From Vicugna vicugna (Eukaryota), in contig MU058059.1 of assembly GCA_013265495.1 (NCBI GenBank), positions 1,302,001 through 1,366,000 of the forward strand: a DNA stretch of 64,000 bases, in the 5' to 3' direction. The notes below the pieces were generated by a model that had not been told where the DNA came from, did not search any database, and saw only the letters and a program-made list of their open reading frames with translations. Both the position numbers and the translations under genes were made by a program. This document shows, in pieces, positions 27,861 through 40,202 of the stretch (positions are counted from its first letter, which is position 1; every line of letters starts with the position of its first letter).

Positions 27861-29950
27861 ATGGAATACTACTCAGCCATAAAAAGGATAAAATAATGCC
27901 ATTTGCAGCAACATGGATGGACTTGGATAATGTCATTCTAAGTGAAGCCAGAAAGAAAAAGAAAAATACCATATGATATCACTTAAATGTGGAATCTAAA
28001 AAAGAAAAAAAAAAGACACAAATGAACTTATTTACAAAACAGAAACAGACTCTCAGACACAGAAACCAAACATGGTAACCAGGAGGGAAAGTGTGTGGGA
28101 AGGGATAAATTGGGATTCACTACATTTCAATTAAAAAAATGGAAAAAAATTAAAAAGCAAAATAAAACACTGCATAATTTAAATTCACTAGGAACAAAAA
28201 AAGAAACTGAGTGAACAACAAGGCCCTACTGTATAGCACAGGGAGTGATGTTCTGAATCACTGCATGTATATATCAGAAACTAACACAACACTGGAAGCC
28301 AATTATACTATACTACAAAAAGCTGCTTAAAAAAGAAAGTCTACGGAGAAAAAGTATATGATCATCTCTCTCTATAGATTTCCTACAGGCACTTCTCAAA
28401 ATTCAACAGCCATGACTGACAAAAACGCTTAATAAAGGAACTGGCTGGTGTGTTCCTTAACAAAACAAAGTATCTCTATTTTAGTCTAAAAGTTAGCTTC
28501 ATGCTATGGGGGAAGCACTAGAGTAATCTCCCACAAATCTGTGAACAAGAAGGATGCCCACTGTCACCAGTATTATTCAATATGGGCATCCTTGTCCTGC
28601 TGGGGCCCACATCAATGCAATTAGACAACAGGAAGATACGAAAGATGTAACATTTGGAAAGGAGATGTTATCACCATCATTATTGCAGATGGTGTAACTA
28701 TAAACCCAGAAAACCATGAGAATCAACTGACAAACTCCAACAAAAATTAGAAAATCCAGTATATTATCAGGGTACAAACTTAAAAGACTTATACCAAAAG
28801 TTCTCACATACAAAGATAACCACCAGTTAGAGGATATAAGGGAAGAACCCATTTACAACAATCAAATTCCTATGAAAACATTTAAATATGTAAGACTTAC
28901 ACGAGGAGAAATCTAATACACTAAGGGACACCAAAGAAGATTCCAGCCAACTAAAAGACTCAGCACGTTCCTGCAGAAGAAGAATCAACATCATGAAGGA
29001 ATCACTTCTAAGTTATTCTCATTCATTTAACATGATTTCAATAAAAATTCTAACAGGCTGATTCTGAGGTTCATATGGAAAACAGAACAAACAAATGAAC
29101 AAGAACAGCAACAGTGAAGAAGGGTGACTGACCTTCCAGATATTAAAACATAATATGAAACTTCAGTCATTAAAATGGTGTGGCACAAGTACATTAACAG
29201 ACGGACCAGTGGGACAGAGTAAGAAGTGCATGAACAGACCAAGGACTTACGGAAACCTGGTGCATGCTAAGGTGGCATCTCAGGTTAGGGAGGAAATGAT
29301 GCACAGTGTAGAATTAGCTGCATAGCCTTTGGAATCAAAACTAATAAAATAAAGTTGGATTCACAGCTGACAGGACACACTGTGATAAATTTCAAATGAA
29401 TACAGGACTTACTGTAAAAAACGAAAACCTATAAAAGTACTAGAAGAAAACAACAAGACCCTATCACGGGGAAGGCCTTTCTAATGATGCTATAAAACCC
29501 ACAGGAAAAGAAAACCACTGACAAACAAGGACAAGGAAACCCAAACCCAAACGAACCAAATAAACACAACACCCACGAGCAGTCAAAAGCCTAAAAACAA
29601 AAATGGTCCAAATGTTTGCAGCTTGTATTGTAGAGAAAGGGCTAATCTTCTGATACACAAAGATAAAGAGCTCTTTGAAATTGGTAAGAAAAAGATCAAC
29701 ATGGCAACAGAAAAATTGGCAGAGTTCACAGAAAGGGAAACAGAAATAACCCTTAAACTTAGAAGATGTTCAACTTAACTCATAGTAAAAAAAAGAAAGC
29801 AAATTAAAATTTTATCAAGACAGCACTTTTCAGTTACCTTGTTTGCAAAAAACATCTAAATGTCTGATAACACTTCATCAGTCCTGAGAAACAGGCATCT
29901 TCAGAAGTTGCTGGAAAGAGTGCATATAAGGATATAAGATGGTGCAAATG
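26460..29950 (+). mobile_element. Old degraded L1 (ORF1 end and ORF2 remnants), interrupted by a younger L1
   Basis: ORF2-like segments, e.g. ttccaaattcatttcatgaagcaagtataat and ttattgcagatggtgtaactataaacccagaaaa (RT-domain region). Confidence 0.7.
27711..28333 (+). mobile_element. Younger artiodactyl/camelid L1 3' end(s) with internal (TG)n, inserted into the older L1
   Basis: caatgtttatagcagcact...gccatttgcagcaacatggatggac...; possible 7-bp TSD agaaagt at 27704-27710 and 28334-28340. Confidence 0.8.
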
Positions 29951-32900
29951 TCTATCCAAGGGCTTGGATTCTGTATAAATTCCCAGATCAGGTACTGATT
30001 TTTACAGTTTGGCTAATGTACTTCCAAACCTGCAGTGTACTGAGTCTGAGGCAGCTGTTGTTGATGTGTGCCTTCTCAGACTGAAAAGAACCCATTTTGG
30101 ACAAGCAAGAGCCTCTCCTGTTTCTACAGATTTCCCTTAGGTTATTTTTTTACATAAAGTATGTTTATTATATTAAGGTTAAGTCAAAAGGAAATGCTTC
30201 ATATGCAAGACTGGGGAAAGTCAGTTAAGATATTTATCCTAAGGGTTAAGTCTAAGTGTGGAGCAGAACAGTCATGGGGCCACTGTCAGTGACGGGACAA
30301 GCTCCCCTGGGTAACCGCAGGGAGCCGGGCAAGCCACAGGCTGCAGGTGCAGCCCCAGTGAGGTGCGCAGTCAGGGGGACTGGTGGCCACGGGAGAGGAG
30401 GGGCTCGCGGGCTGCCCCAGGCCAGCCCTGAAGCAGAGCCCCCAGAGGGCATTCGATGCCAGGGCCAGACACACCCCAGAGGTTGCCCAGGAACCTGCTT
30501 CAGGGTTTAACAGCTCTCTGCGGGCCAGGAATTACTTCTTGTGCAGCCGTGAATGTTAGTGATCGTCTGTGGGCACAAGTCGTGGGGCAGGGCTGGCGCC
30601 CAGGCGCACGGAGGCACGCAGACCCGGGAGAGCGTGGCAGAGCTCCCCGGGTCGCAGACAGGTGGAGGGCAGGCGGGGCCTGAGGCCCAGGGTGACGTGC
30701 CGGACAGGAAGGGCAGCAGAGCGCGCTCAGCCGTGCCCCGGAGGGCCCGGGCCGGGGCTGCTCCCACCTCCAGTGGGCGGTAACGCGTCGGTGAAGACCA
30801 AGGACAGCTCCCCAGGAGCCCCTGAATTCCCGCCTCCGCCACGCCTTCCAACTGGCCGCAGCACAAGCCCGTGTTCCCAAAGGACGGGCAAGACGAGGCT
30901 CCGGAAGCCACTTTAAGCACAAGTACCCGAGGATTCTTCCTCAGCCCACCCTCCACCTTTGGTGTTTAGCTTTATTTAATTTCCTTCTATTCTGAATCAG
31001 AACTGAGAACTTGCCCACCATCTCTTCCATGAGTCAGCCATGGGCCTAAGAATCATATTTCAGTTCTTTCGTCATTTTCAATCCAGAATTTGTAGTGTCC
31101 TCGAGCCCTCCTTGGCGTCCTTACTCCTTCAGGGTCAGCGTTACCGTCTCCGCCCCCATTGCCTTTTCCACAGCTCCTCTGCTTTCTAGCTACAACTGTT
31201 CAACAAGGGCTCTGCCTTTTTTTTTTTTTTTTGGAGATGGGAAATGGAAAGCAATACATTTCTGATTAAGAAGCGTCTACTTTTTCTTTATAAGACAGAC
31301 ATTAAAATTTAAAAGCCAGAACATGGAATAAGTGTTATTGAAAATGTTAGCAAGTGAAAGCTGAGGTTTTAAAATGTTGCTAGTCTAACAAGGAACACAG
31401 GGTAGATGTGAAGGGTCGAGTGGCTCTCATACAATCCATTCTATGTCTTTGAAACATCCTCCAAATGTCACACAAATAATCACGTGTGATTCATTTTAAT
31501 CAGTGATGACTCAAATCATTAAAAAAAAAAGTCAAATCTGAAGAAGTCCAGGTGCAAAGCAACCTCCCTAAAGCCAGTGTGAGAGGCTTCTCCAGCCACA
31601 GCCGCCTGGGCTGGAGCCCTCCTGCCGCAGCGCTTCCCTGGTAAGACAGATCTGATTTCAGTCTGTGTTTCTTCGGTTTGTATCAGCACTGGCCTAGATT
31701 TCCAAAGCTGAGCTAAAATGGAAATATTCTCTTCTGCCTTTAACCCATCTGTCTCCTTTTATTTACATAATATATTTTTCCCCTGAATAGTTCTGTTTTT
31801 TTTTTAAGGCAAAATGGAAGTAAAATAAATGGAAACTTTTTCATCACAAGGGGAAACTTAGGACCTTCTCTTGGGATTTATACTCGACAGGCCCTTGTGA
31901 CTAGTCCAGAGTCAATGAAAAGTGGCAGGAGGTGAGGCTCCAAAGCAACGAGGCCGTTTCTCTAGGCTCCGTCACCCAAAGGCTCTCATTTCCCCAGTGA
32001 CTCCTCCCAAAAGACAGAAAGAGGGAATATTCCTGAAAACCTGCTAACGCTGGCCTCCTTTGTCTGAAGTGAGGATGATTCCTTTGCTCAGGGCCGGACG
32101 GGAAGGGTGTACAATCAGGCGGGCTGTGTTGTCACTGCTGCCGACAGAACAATTGATCAAGTTACGGAGTCTCATTGAGGGAACTGAAGAGCACGTTACC
32201 GTGAGAGATGGTTTCTGAAGGAGGCTTAATTACTACTCTATGTGTTCTTAACGTCCGCTGGAAGTACTCAGGCAGACAAGCTCAAGTGGCAGGTGACAAG
32301 TTCTCAGTCTGTCGGCCATAACAGCGTATTTAGAAAAATATAAAACATTTTAAAAAGATCCAGAAGTAGATTCTCTCGTCACCTCAAAGTAATTGCAGTA
32401 TCTGCTGGTGAGGTCAGGGTTTCTGCAGGCAGACACCTGACAAAGACAGTTCTGCAGACTTCAGATAAACACCAGGAGAGGGGCCAGGTGACAGGCAACC
32501 GTGTGGAGACGCTGTGCTGGTTGCACTCTGACCGTCCGCATGGGAACGGTTGTTTAACCCATACCCGTGTTTCCTGGTCACCGTTGCCTTTCCACTTCCT
32601 ACTCAGTCTATTCAAAACAACCCCTCCTCGCCAACACTTATTCGCCTACCCAAAGGGGGCAAGATTCCCAATCCTTCCGCTGCCCTGCCTCACCCCAGCC
32701 ATCTCCAGCAAGCAAGCGCTCCCAGCTACTGAGCGACGGCTCAGCGCCAACCCGGTGGCTCTTAGGAATGCAAGTGACCTCTCGAGCACAGAGGACAGAC
32801 GCCAAACTATTTTCCCATGTTCGTAATTTCTTGTCATAACACACTTAGTACAGAACAACAGAATGATTGCCTGAGAATTATTCAAGGGATTTTTTCAAGT

Positions 32901-33904
32901 CAAGGAAAAACCATCACTTCCAGTTTACACAACGGCCCTGGGCTGCCTTGTCTATTCTGTTAGGAGTCAATTATGCTTCTGGACAGAAACCTTTTCTTTT
33001 GTTCTTTGGCCTGAAGCACACCGAAGCCAAGTTTTCCTTAAGAACAGAATTTGTGCTCACTACCCAGAATGACGGCTGGACGCGTCCGGCGCTGGCTCGG
33101 GGCCCCGCTGCGGGCTGAGATAGCTAACATCTGGACAGCGGATGCAGGTTACAGGGAAAGCAGGGGCACGGTGTCGAGACGGTCAAAGAATTCAGATGCA
33201 GTGTTGAGGAGCAGCTACCCACCCCCCTGCACCCCACCAAAGAGCCGTCTGACAGGCATAGAGAAGTGCTCTGGGGGATTTCCAGGCATGTCTATTTGCC
33301 TGTCAATGAAATAAAGATCAGGGAGGAGAAGAAAACCCCACGGAGGAGAAGGAGCGGAGCTGAAGTGGAGGGGCTTCCAGTCGTGCAGGGCGTCCCGCGA
33401 GCAGCCGGACCCGGGGTCTGGGGCGCGGCAGAAGGATGTAGACTGGAGACGAGGTGTTCAGCACATCGAGTGCTAACTGAAGTTGGGGAGTGGATGCTCT
33501 CCCCCAGAGGGAGTGCGCTAAGAAAGAAGAGGTGAAAGGAGGGGGCCTGAGTAACTCAAAAGATAACGGAAGCAGAGGAAGAGAAATACGTAAGGAAGCC
33601 CGGGGAGGAGGGCCTGCGATGCAGGAGGGGAGCCCCGAAAACATGGTGGGGACCAGCTCAGTGCCTCTTACTCAAGTATTGCTCATGTGGATGAAATTGC
33701 AAAGATGATTCTGTGGTCTCTCAAGGCCAGGAGCAGAGGAGCAGAGGCACAGAGCTCAGCTAGAACCAACGAGCTGCTGATCACTGCCCCCCGCCTCCCC
33801 ACCAAGGAGCAGCAGCAGCTGGTTTTACAGGAGCTGGCGGTGGGGCTACGGGTCTCGGGAGAAGCCACCCTGGTTCAGATCGCCACGTTGGGACTGGGCA
33901 CCTC

Positions 33905-34200
33905 ATACTCATTTATCAGTATTCAGCCAATATTCACTGAATACTTACTACCGCCAGGACGGTAAGGGGTAAGGGGTGAGAGGAAAACGGTGGCTTTGAC
34001 AGTTTCTGCCTGCAAGTTGCTTTTAAGTGGGAGCCGCCAGCAAGTAAACAGACAACTTGATGATGATGTCCTAAGTCTCCGAAACCTGTGATGGGGCAAC
34101 AGGAGGCCTGGGAGGCCCCTCACTCAGTTTTGGGCCGATCAGGACGCTTTCCTGGTGGGGAGGACAGCCAGGCTGAGAAGGGGACTGCGGGCAGAGAAGC
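33905..34200 (-). mobile_element. L2 3' fragment
   Basis: tcatttatcagtattcagccaatattcactgaatacttactac resembles the reverse-complement L2 3' end. Confidence 0.55.
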
Positions 34201-35254
34201 TACAGGCCGAGCCTGGGGAGTCCGGGTGCTGGGCGGCAGCTGGGGGTGTGGAGGCTGGGAGACAGAGCCAAGACTCAGGGTGGAGGGGCCGCAGGCAGAG
34301 GGCCCACGTGAGCGGGTCTCTGGGGTTCAGCCCACAGGCCCCCTGGGATGCCCGGCACCCCGCGAGCACACAGTCCACTCCGCAGGGTCCTGGTCCTGCC
34401 CATTTTAGAAACAGGGCAAAAAGAAAGAAGAAAACACTGCAAGCCCTGGATGTCCCCACAGAAGACAGCATTTTTTTTCCCCCTCGGAAAAAAGATTTCA
34501 AAAGCTGATATTGAAAGAAAGATATAAAATGGACGCAAGGCAGTTTAAGTGAGAACGGGCAGCTCCAGGCCCGCCAGTGATCGGGACGCCGGCCCCACGG
34601 CCGCCCAGGAAGACGGGACAATGGATTCGTCCTGATGCTGTCGTGGGCAGCAGCTGTGGAGAAATATTTACTTTTTCTAGACTTTACACTGTAATTTAAG
34701 ATGATAAATACCTGTTGTGTTGCAAAACACTATCAATTCAATACACGTGTTCTGAGCTGTGCTGGGCACGGAGCTGAGGGCGGGGACACAGAAGTGAAGG
34801 TGGCCTGGTGCCAGCCCCCCACACAGACCTGAACCTTCGGGGGGGCCTGCCAGGCACTGGGCGCCAGGCCTGGGAGGCTGTGCAGAAGGCGGCCTAAAGC
34901 AGGGGTTTCCTGCCACGCCCACTCAGAGGTGACCGGAGAACTTGGGAAAGTGCCTCATCTTGGACCCCAGCCCCACAGGATCTGAATCTCTGGGGAGGGG
35001 AGTGTTGGGAGCAGGATTTTTTTTTAGATGTTCCAGGGTTTCTCTTCTGCACTTGAAGGTTTAAGAACCGCTATTTTAAGAGATGAGTAGGATTTCAGCA
35101 GATGAGGAAAGGGAGTTGGGGCAGAGATGCCATCACGAAGCCGGGACTGGAAGAGGCTGATGTGGTGGGTCCTGGACTCACGGAGGGAGAGAAGGTGGGA
35201 CAGCTGGCCAGAGGGCTGGCTGTGCGGACCCTTGGCTGCACACAACACGCTGGG

Positions 35255-35430
35255 CAGCGATTCCCGACCTTAGCTGCAAGTCTGAATCGCCCAGGGAAGC
35301 AAAAAATACACGTGTCTGGCTCCTTTTCCAGAATTTCCAAAGTATCATCTCTTGAGTGGGGCATGAGCACGTGCATTTACAGAAAGGCTGCACAGGTGAT
35401 TCTGACATAGAGCAGGGCTGAGGACCCCTG
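35255..35430. mobile_element. MER5A-type hAT-Charlie MITE
   Basis: cagcgattcccgaccttagctgca...gaatcgcccaggg...caggtgattctgac...gctgaggacccctg with degenerate TIRs. Confidence 0.7.
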
Positions 35431-36619
35431 CAGAGGCTACACAGAACCACGGGAGGCTCCAAAGCAAAGGACCATACCTGGCCCTCCTCTCTCCACAGAT
35501 GTCCAAATCAAAGCCTCCATACACAAGGCTGGTAGATTCCAGAACGGCGATTACAACTATTTACTACAGGATTCACTGACATGTACTGCATCTAAACTGA
35601 GGAGAGAGAGTGCAACGTGACTGATAACAAGCACCAGAACAGGAAAACGCCCTCCCATCTCCCCCCACCCTGAATTCTGAGGGCACATTGGGATTTGTTC
35701 TTCCTGTGAACAGACCGCTTCTAAGCACCCAGCCAGGAACGCAGATTCTTAGATAACTGGCTGACCCTTTCGGGAACGTCAAACCAGTTGTGCGCCTGAG
35801 CTCCGAAAGAGGTAAGGTTCAGAAAACAGCGGAGAGCAAAGCTTCTGATTAGCAATGCTGGGAGGGCTGCACGGACTCCAGCCAAGTTGCCTAAAGCCGT
35901 GCAAGTTAAGTGATGACGTAACCTTTTCTTGGGGACCCCAGACTAACTGAAATCAGCTTGTTGGCATTCCGAAAGTGCAGTGGAAGCTGGTGGTGGTTTC
36001 CTGTTACCTCTTAGGGTTAAAGCGCTCGGGTATTTCTGCCTCACCAACAGCATGAAGAATACACTTAGAGGATGCAGCTCTTCTCCCAAGGAGGTAAAAT
36101 GTGGCATGTGGCTACCACCTAGAAATTTTCTGATCAGAACTCGATTTCAGAGCACATGTCATCAAATACATTTCTGCTGTTGCACAGCCTGTCACAGATT
36201 TTATACTTTTAAAGTGTCCCTAAGTATCCCAGGCTGGAGGGGCAGAGGTGCAGGGAAGGGCAGCTTCCTGTGTAATACTATGCAGAACCAAAATCGTGGA
36301 CGAATCAGACAACCGAGGGCTAGTAAATCACTGTGAACGAAGGCAGCAGTGCAAACAGTCCCCTCGAGTTGTGTTAAAGGGAGCAGGTTTCTAGTATAAC
36401 GGCCGCTCCTCTGGTTCTCAATAATTTATTACAGTTTAATGGAGGCAAATGATATATTATGTATTAGGCCACAGTCCAGAAACTTCCCTCACATAGATCC
36501 GGGCTGAAGCTGTGATGTTGTCACATTCAAGAAAGAGATTCTTTTCTCCTCATTTGTCTTCGGGTGCATTCATTAAGCAGCACTGAATAAACAAATTCGA
36601 ATTCAGCTGAGTGATAAAG

Positions 36620-36795
36620 TAGCTACAACCTACCGAGGACCTACCCAGGACCGCCCGAGCACCAGGCTCGGTGCGCGCCATCCAAGTCTCCGCCTAGTCC
36701 TCCCGCAGTTCTGCGCGTGATGTGTTACCACCTTCGCTTTTCTAGAGAAGGAAGTCAAGGTTCAGAGAGGATGGGTAATTTGCCCAAGATGGGAA
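36620..36795 (-). mobile_element. MIR SINE fragment
   Basis: gagaaggaagtcaaggttcagagaggatgggtaatttgcccaagat. Confidence 0.6.
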
Positions 36796-36899
36796 GGCTA
36801 ACCTGCAGAGCCAAGGCCAAGGCCAGAGCCCCCACGCTGGCTCCTGTCAGTATTTAAAGACCAACTCAAGTCTTCCGACGCGGTCGCTCCCTCGGATGG

Positions 36900-37035
36900 T
36901 GCGTGTATTTCTATTACAGTGTCTGTCACGTGGGACTTATTCATGAGCTTTCTCCACCACAAGATCATGAGCTCCTTGAAGGCAGGGTGCACATCTTCCT
37001 GTGCACCTCTGCAAGCCCCGGGAGCAGCATCTGTT
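36900..37035 (+). mobile_element. L2 3' fragment
   Basis: agatcatgagctccttgaaggcaggg resembles the L2 3' motif. Confidence 0.55.
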
Positions 37036-38019
37036 CGCTCCAGGTTTCCTGAGTGATTCGGGTGTGCTAACCACCCAGCGAGCACTGCAGGAACCGGGAA
37101 AGCGGACGTCGTCCCTGCCCCGTGGCGCCCACGCTCTACGGGAGAAATGGACAGCAACCAGCAACAGAGTGTAAGAAATGCTTCCACAGGAAAGGCGGAG
37201 GGATGACAGCATTCATGCGATAGAAGAGCAGGGTCCCCGTCCTAGTGGGGGAAGGAGGGCGGGGAGGGACGCTAGTTCCCTTTAGCTGCAACCCTGACTG
37301 AAGATGGAAGATGTCTTGGTTGGGGTGAGAGGGCTGATTCTGATGAGGCCAGGTACCGGGCGGAGGTGACGAGGAGGAGACGGTTCTGGAAAGAGCAAAC
37401 AGCACGTGTAAGAGGCGAGAGGGCAAATGAGCAGCAGGGCAGTGGAGAAGGAGGGGCTGCAGGCGCGGGCAAGACCGGACCACGAAGGGTCTTGAAAGCT
37501 TATTATTCTAAGGCTACCGGAGAGGCTGCTAAAGGGACCCAACAGTGAGTGATATGACTGGATCTGAAAGCTGCTTTGACTACAAAGAGGAGGATGAATG
37601 ACCACAGAGGAGTAAGCGGGGAGGCAGGAAGACTGGATAAGAAGGCAGTCTTGCCAGTGCAGCCCGGTGTAGAATGGAGAAGATTCCTGTGGAACACGTA
37701 CATAGAAGTGGCTGACTTTCTGTGAAAGAATTTTTAGCTTTCTAAGAAATGAGAAAGTAAGTTAATTAGGATTACATAATTCAGCATGCTACAAGTGTTA
37801 ATTCAGTACCACTTTTGCTAAGCACCATCCAGGGCAATACTTAAAAATAAGGGGAGGGGGAATCTATTAGAATTGCTTGGAAGGAGTGCTAAAAGTAATT
37901 CTAATGGAAAACCCTTTTCATATAAAATGGTAACAACAAACTGAACACCAAGTGCTGGGCGGTCCCTTCCCACAGCACCTCCTGGGTCCTCAGTACCAGG
38001 GGGCGGAGGGGACGGGTGG

Positions 38020-38135
38020 TAAGATTACCCCTCATTTACCAGGTGGAAGATGAGGCTCAGAGATGTTAAGACACTTGCCCAAGTTTGTACAGTTTAAAAG
38101 TGGCAGACGGATGATCTGAATCCAAGGTGCTTTCC
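38020..38135 (-). mobile_element. MIR SINE fragment
   Basis: tgaggctcagagatgttaagacacttgcccaag...agtggcag. Confidence 0.7.
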
Positions 38136-40202
38136 ATCCCTACACAATGCCCTTGCAAATACAGAATTACTGTGCTTTTTACAAGGCTGCTATCTCATTT
38201 AAAAAACTTACTAGTGTGGCTTATTCATATCACATTTCCCACGTTGGAAAAAGTCACATTCAGCTGAAAAATAGATGTACCTCCACTTTATGCAACTGAA
38301 AAGCTGGCCAGAAATCCACATTTTCTCCATGGAGTGATATTTTTTGTTGCTACGTACCACAGACTTACAGAAACAAACTCAAATTCTCGTTCACACAGAA
38401 CTGGGCACTACCAGCGCTCTGCTGCAAGCGCGGGCCGCTTCTTATCTGACAGCACTCTTCTGCTATGTTCAACAACTGCCCTGATTTATCTGGTGTAAAG
38501 TTCAGGTGGTCACCCCCGGAATTCCGTAAAACGGGGGGCATATCCATGTGTTCTCTACACGGAGTGACTCAACGCAACGGCTGGGGGATGCCTGATCTTC
38601 CCTCTCACAAGCGCTGGCGGAGGGGCCGGCAATTTCCAAGCGTTTCTGTATTACAAACACCGCATTTACATCTATATAAATGGCCTTCTAGGGCACAACA
38701 TACAAAACGAATCTGTCACTGTTATTTCCTAATATATTCTAGGGTATTGCCTTGCTAAATCACCGTCTCCAAAACCCTCAGAGAGAACAATAACACAAAC
38801 CACCTACTCTTCCACGGGGAGGTGCACCAGCGGCAAGGCGCCCTTACGTAACAGCGCCTCTGCTAGTTAAGTACGGCCGGCCATACGCATTTTTCTGAAG
38901 TAAGAAATGAAACCAAATAGTGTAATGTACGTTTTTCCCTTTTTTGCCCTGCTCTAGTTAAAATTAAAAAGGCCAGAATAAACAGCTGAAGAACGCTGCT
39001 TACCATTTTTTTTCTAATTACTCAAATTAATGGGTATTAAAGAAAACCACCCTCACTTTCGGTTTGGCTGTTGGTTTTACATGATAGGCTGGCTAATTAA
39101 AACGACTGCGCTTTCTGGCATATTGTGGTATGCATTTCACGATCGTGAAAAGCTCATATACTTGAAAATCAAGTTCAGCGTGCCTCCTGCACTTAGCTAA
39201 GTAATCACAGCGGGTGTTCAGCCCTCTCGTCCAAGTTGAGCCCTGTCTTTCCCTGTTTGCTCGCGACTGCCTGTCAACACTGCTCTTCCTCAGGGCGATC
39301 ACACTTAGGGGAGCCCTCCAAGTGCCTCACCGGCATGACACGTCTATGGAGAGCATTAGGAAATAAGGAATCTGGTTTGGTTCTGGTAAAAACAAAACAG
39401 ACTCCTGGAGAAATGACACTCCAGGGCTAGGATACTCAGCTAAGATCCACAAGGTGGCTGCGGCACTGATCTTCCAGGTGAACGTGACAGAGAAACATAC
39501 TTCAAAGCCCCTGCTCCTTGGATAAGGAGAAACATACCTCTCCGGGGAGGATGCCTAAATGCAGGCAGGGTATCCACTGGCCCCGCCCCCATCCGCATAA
39601 CCCTCACCCTCCAACAGCACCCAGGCTTCGCCCAGTCTTTTCAAAATGAATCAGAACCTCGAGTCAAACCCGATCATTTCAGGCTATCGGTGTCTGATTA
39701 ACACGTGTGGGTAAGCGCATCCTCCAGTTTTGCCACCTCTAAAAATACTCACTGTTTCACTCTCCAAACCTTCCCTATGTGTAGTTTCAGCCTGCTCATT
39801 GGTTTCAGGACTCCCACTCCGTATTCTAAAGTGTTGCTGGATGTCTGGCTCTCCCCTGTCTGACGGCGGTAGGGTACCAACGGCTGGTTACGCAGCATCA
39901 CTTAAATGATGTTGCTGCAGGTAAACAAGAACTTAGTGAGTTCACACTCATCACGCTGTTCCTGACTTCTTACACATGGCTTTTCCTTCTATGACCCTTT
40001 TCCAGTCTTACACAGGGATGTAAAAATAGGCCGTTCTTATAAACGTAAAGCTAGAACAAGGGACAAGTACTAGTGTACGGGGTTAGAGGAAAGGGCATGG
40101 CTTGGTATACATAATTTAAAGGGCATCTTGGTGAGTGCTCCCTTTGTCTATTATTTCAAATAGTGTTTACTTTCCTTAATTTAAATAGTTTATACATGTT
40201 CA

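Noticed and set aside
38369..38645. Possible cassette exon (donor TCT|GTAAGT at 38363-38368; ORF MDMPPVLRNS...)
   Set aside because: Weak acceptor, stops in all three frames from that acceptor, and no similarity to L3MBTL4.
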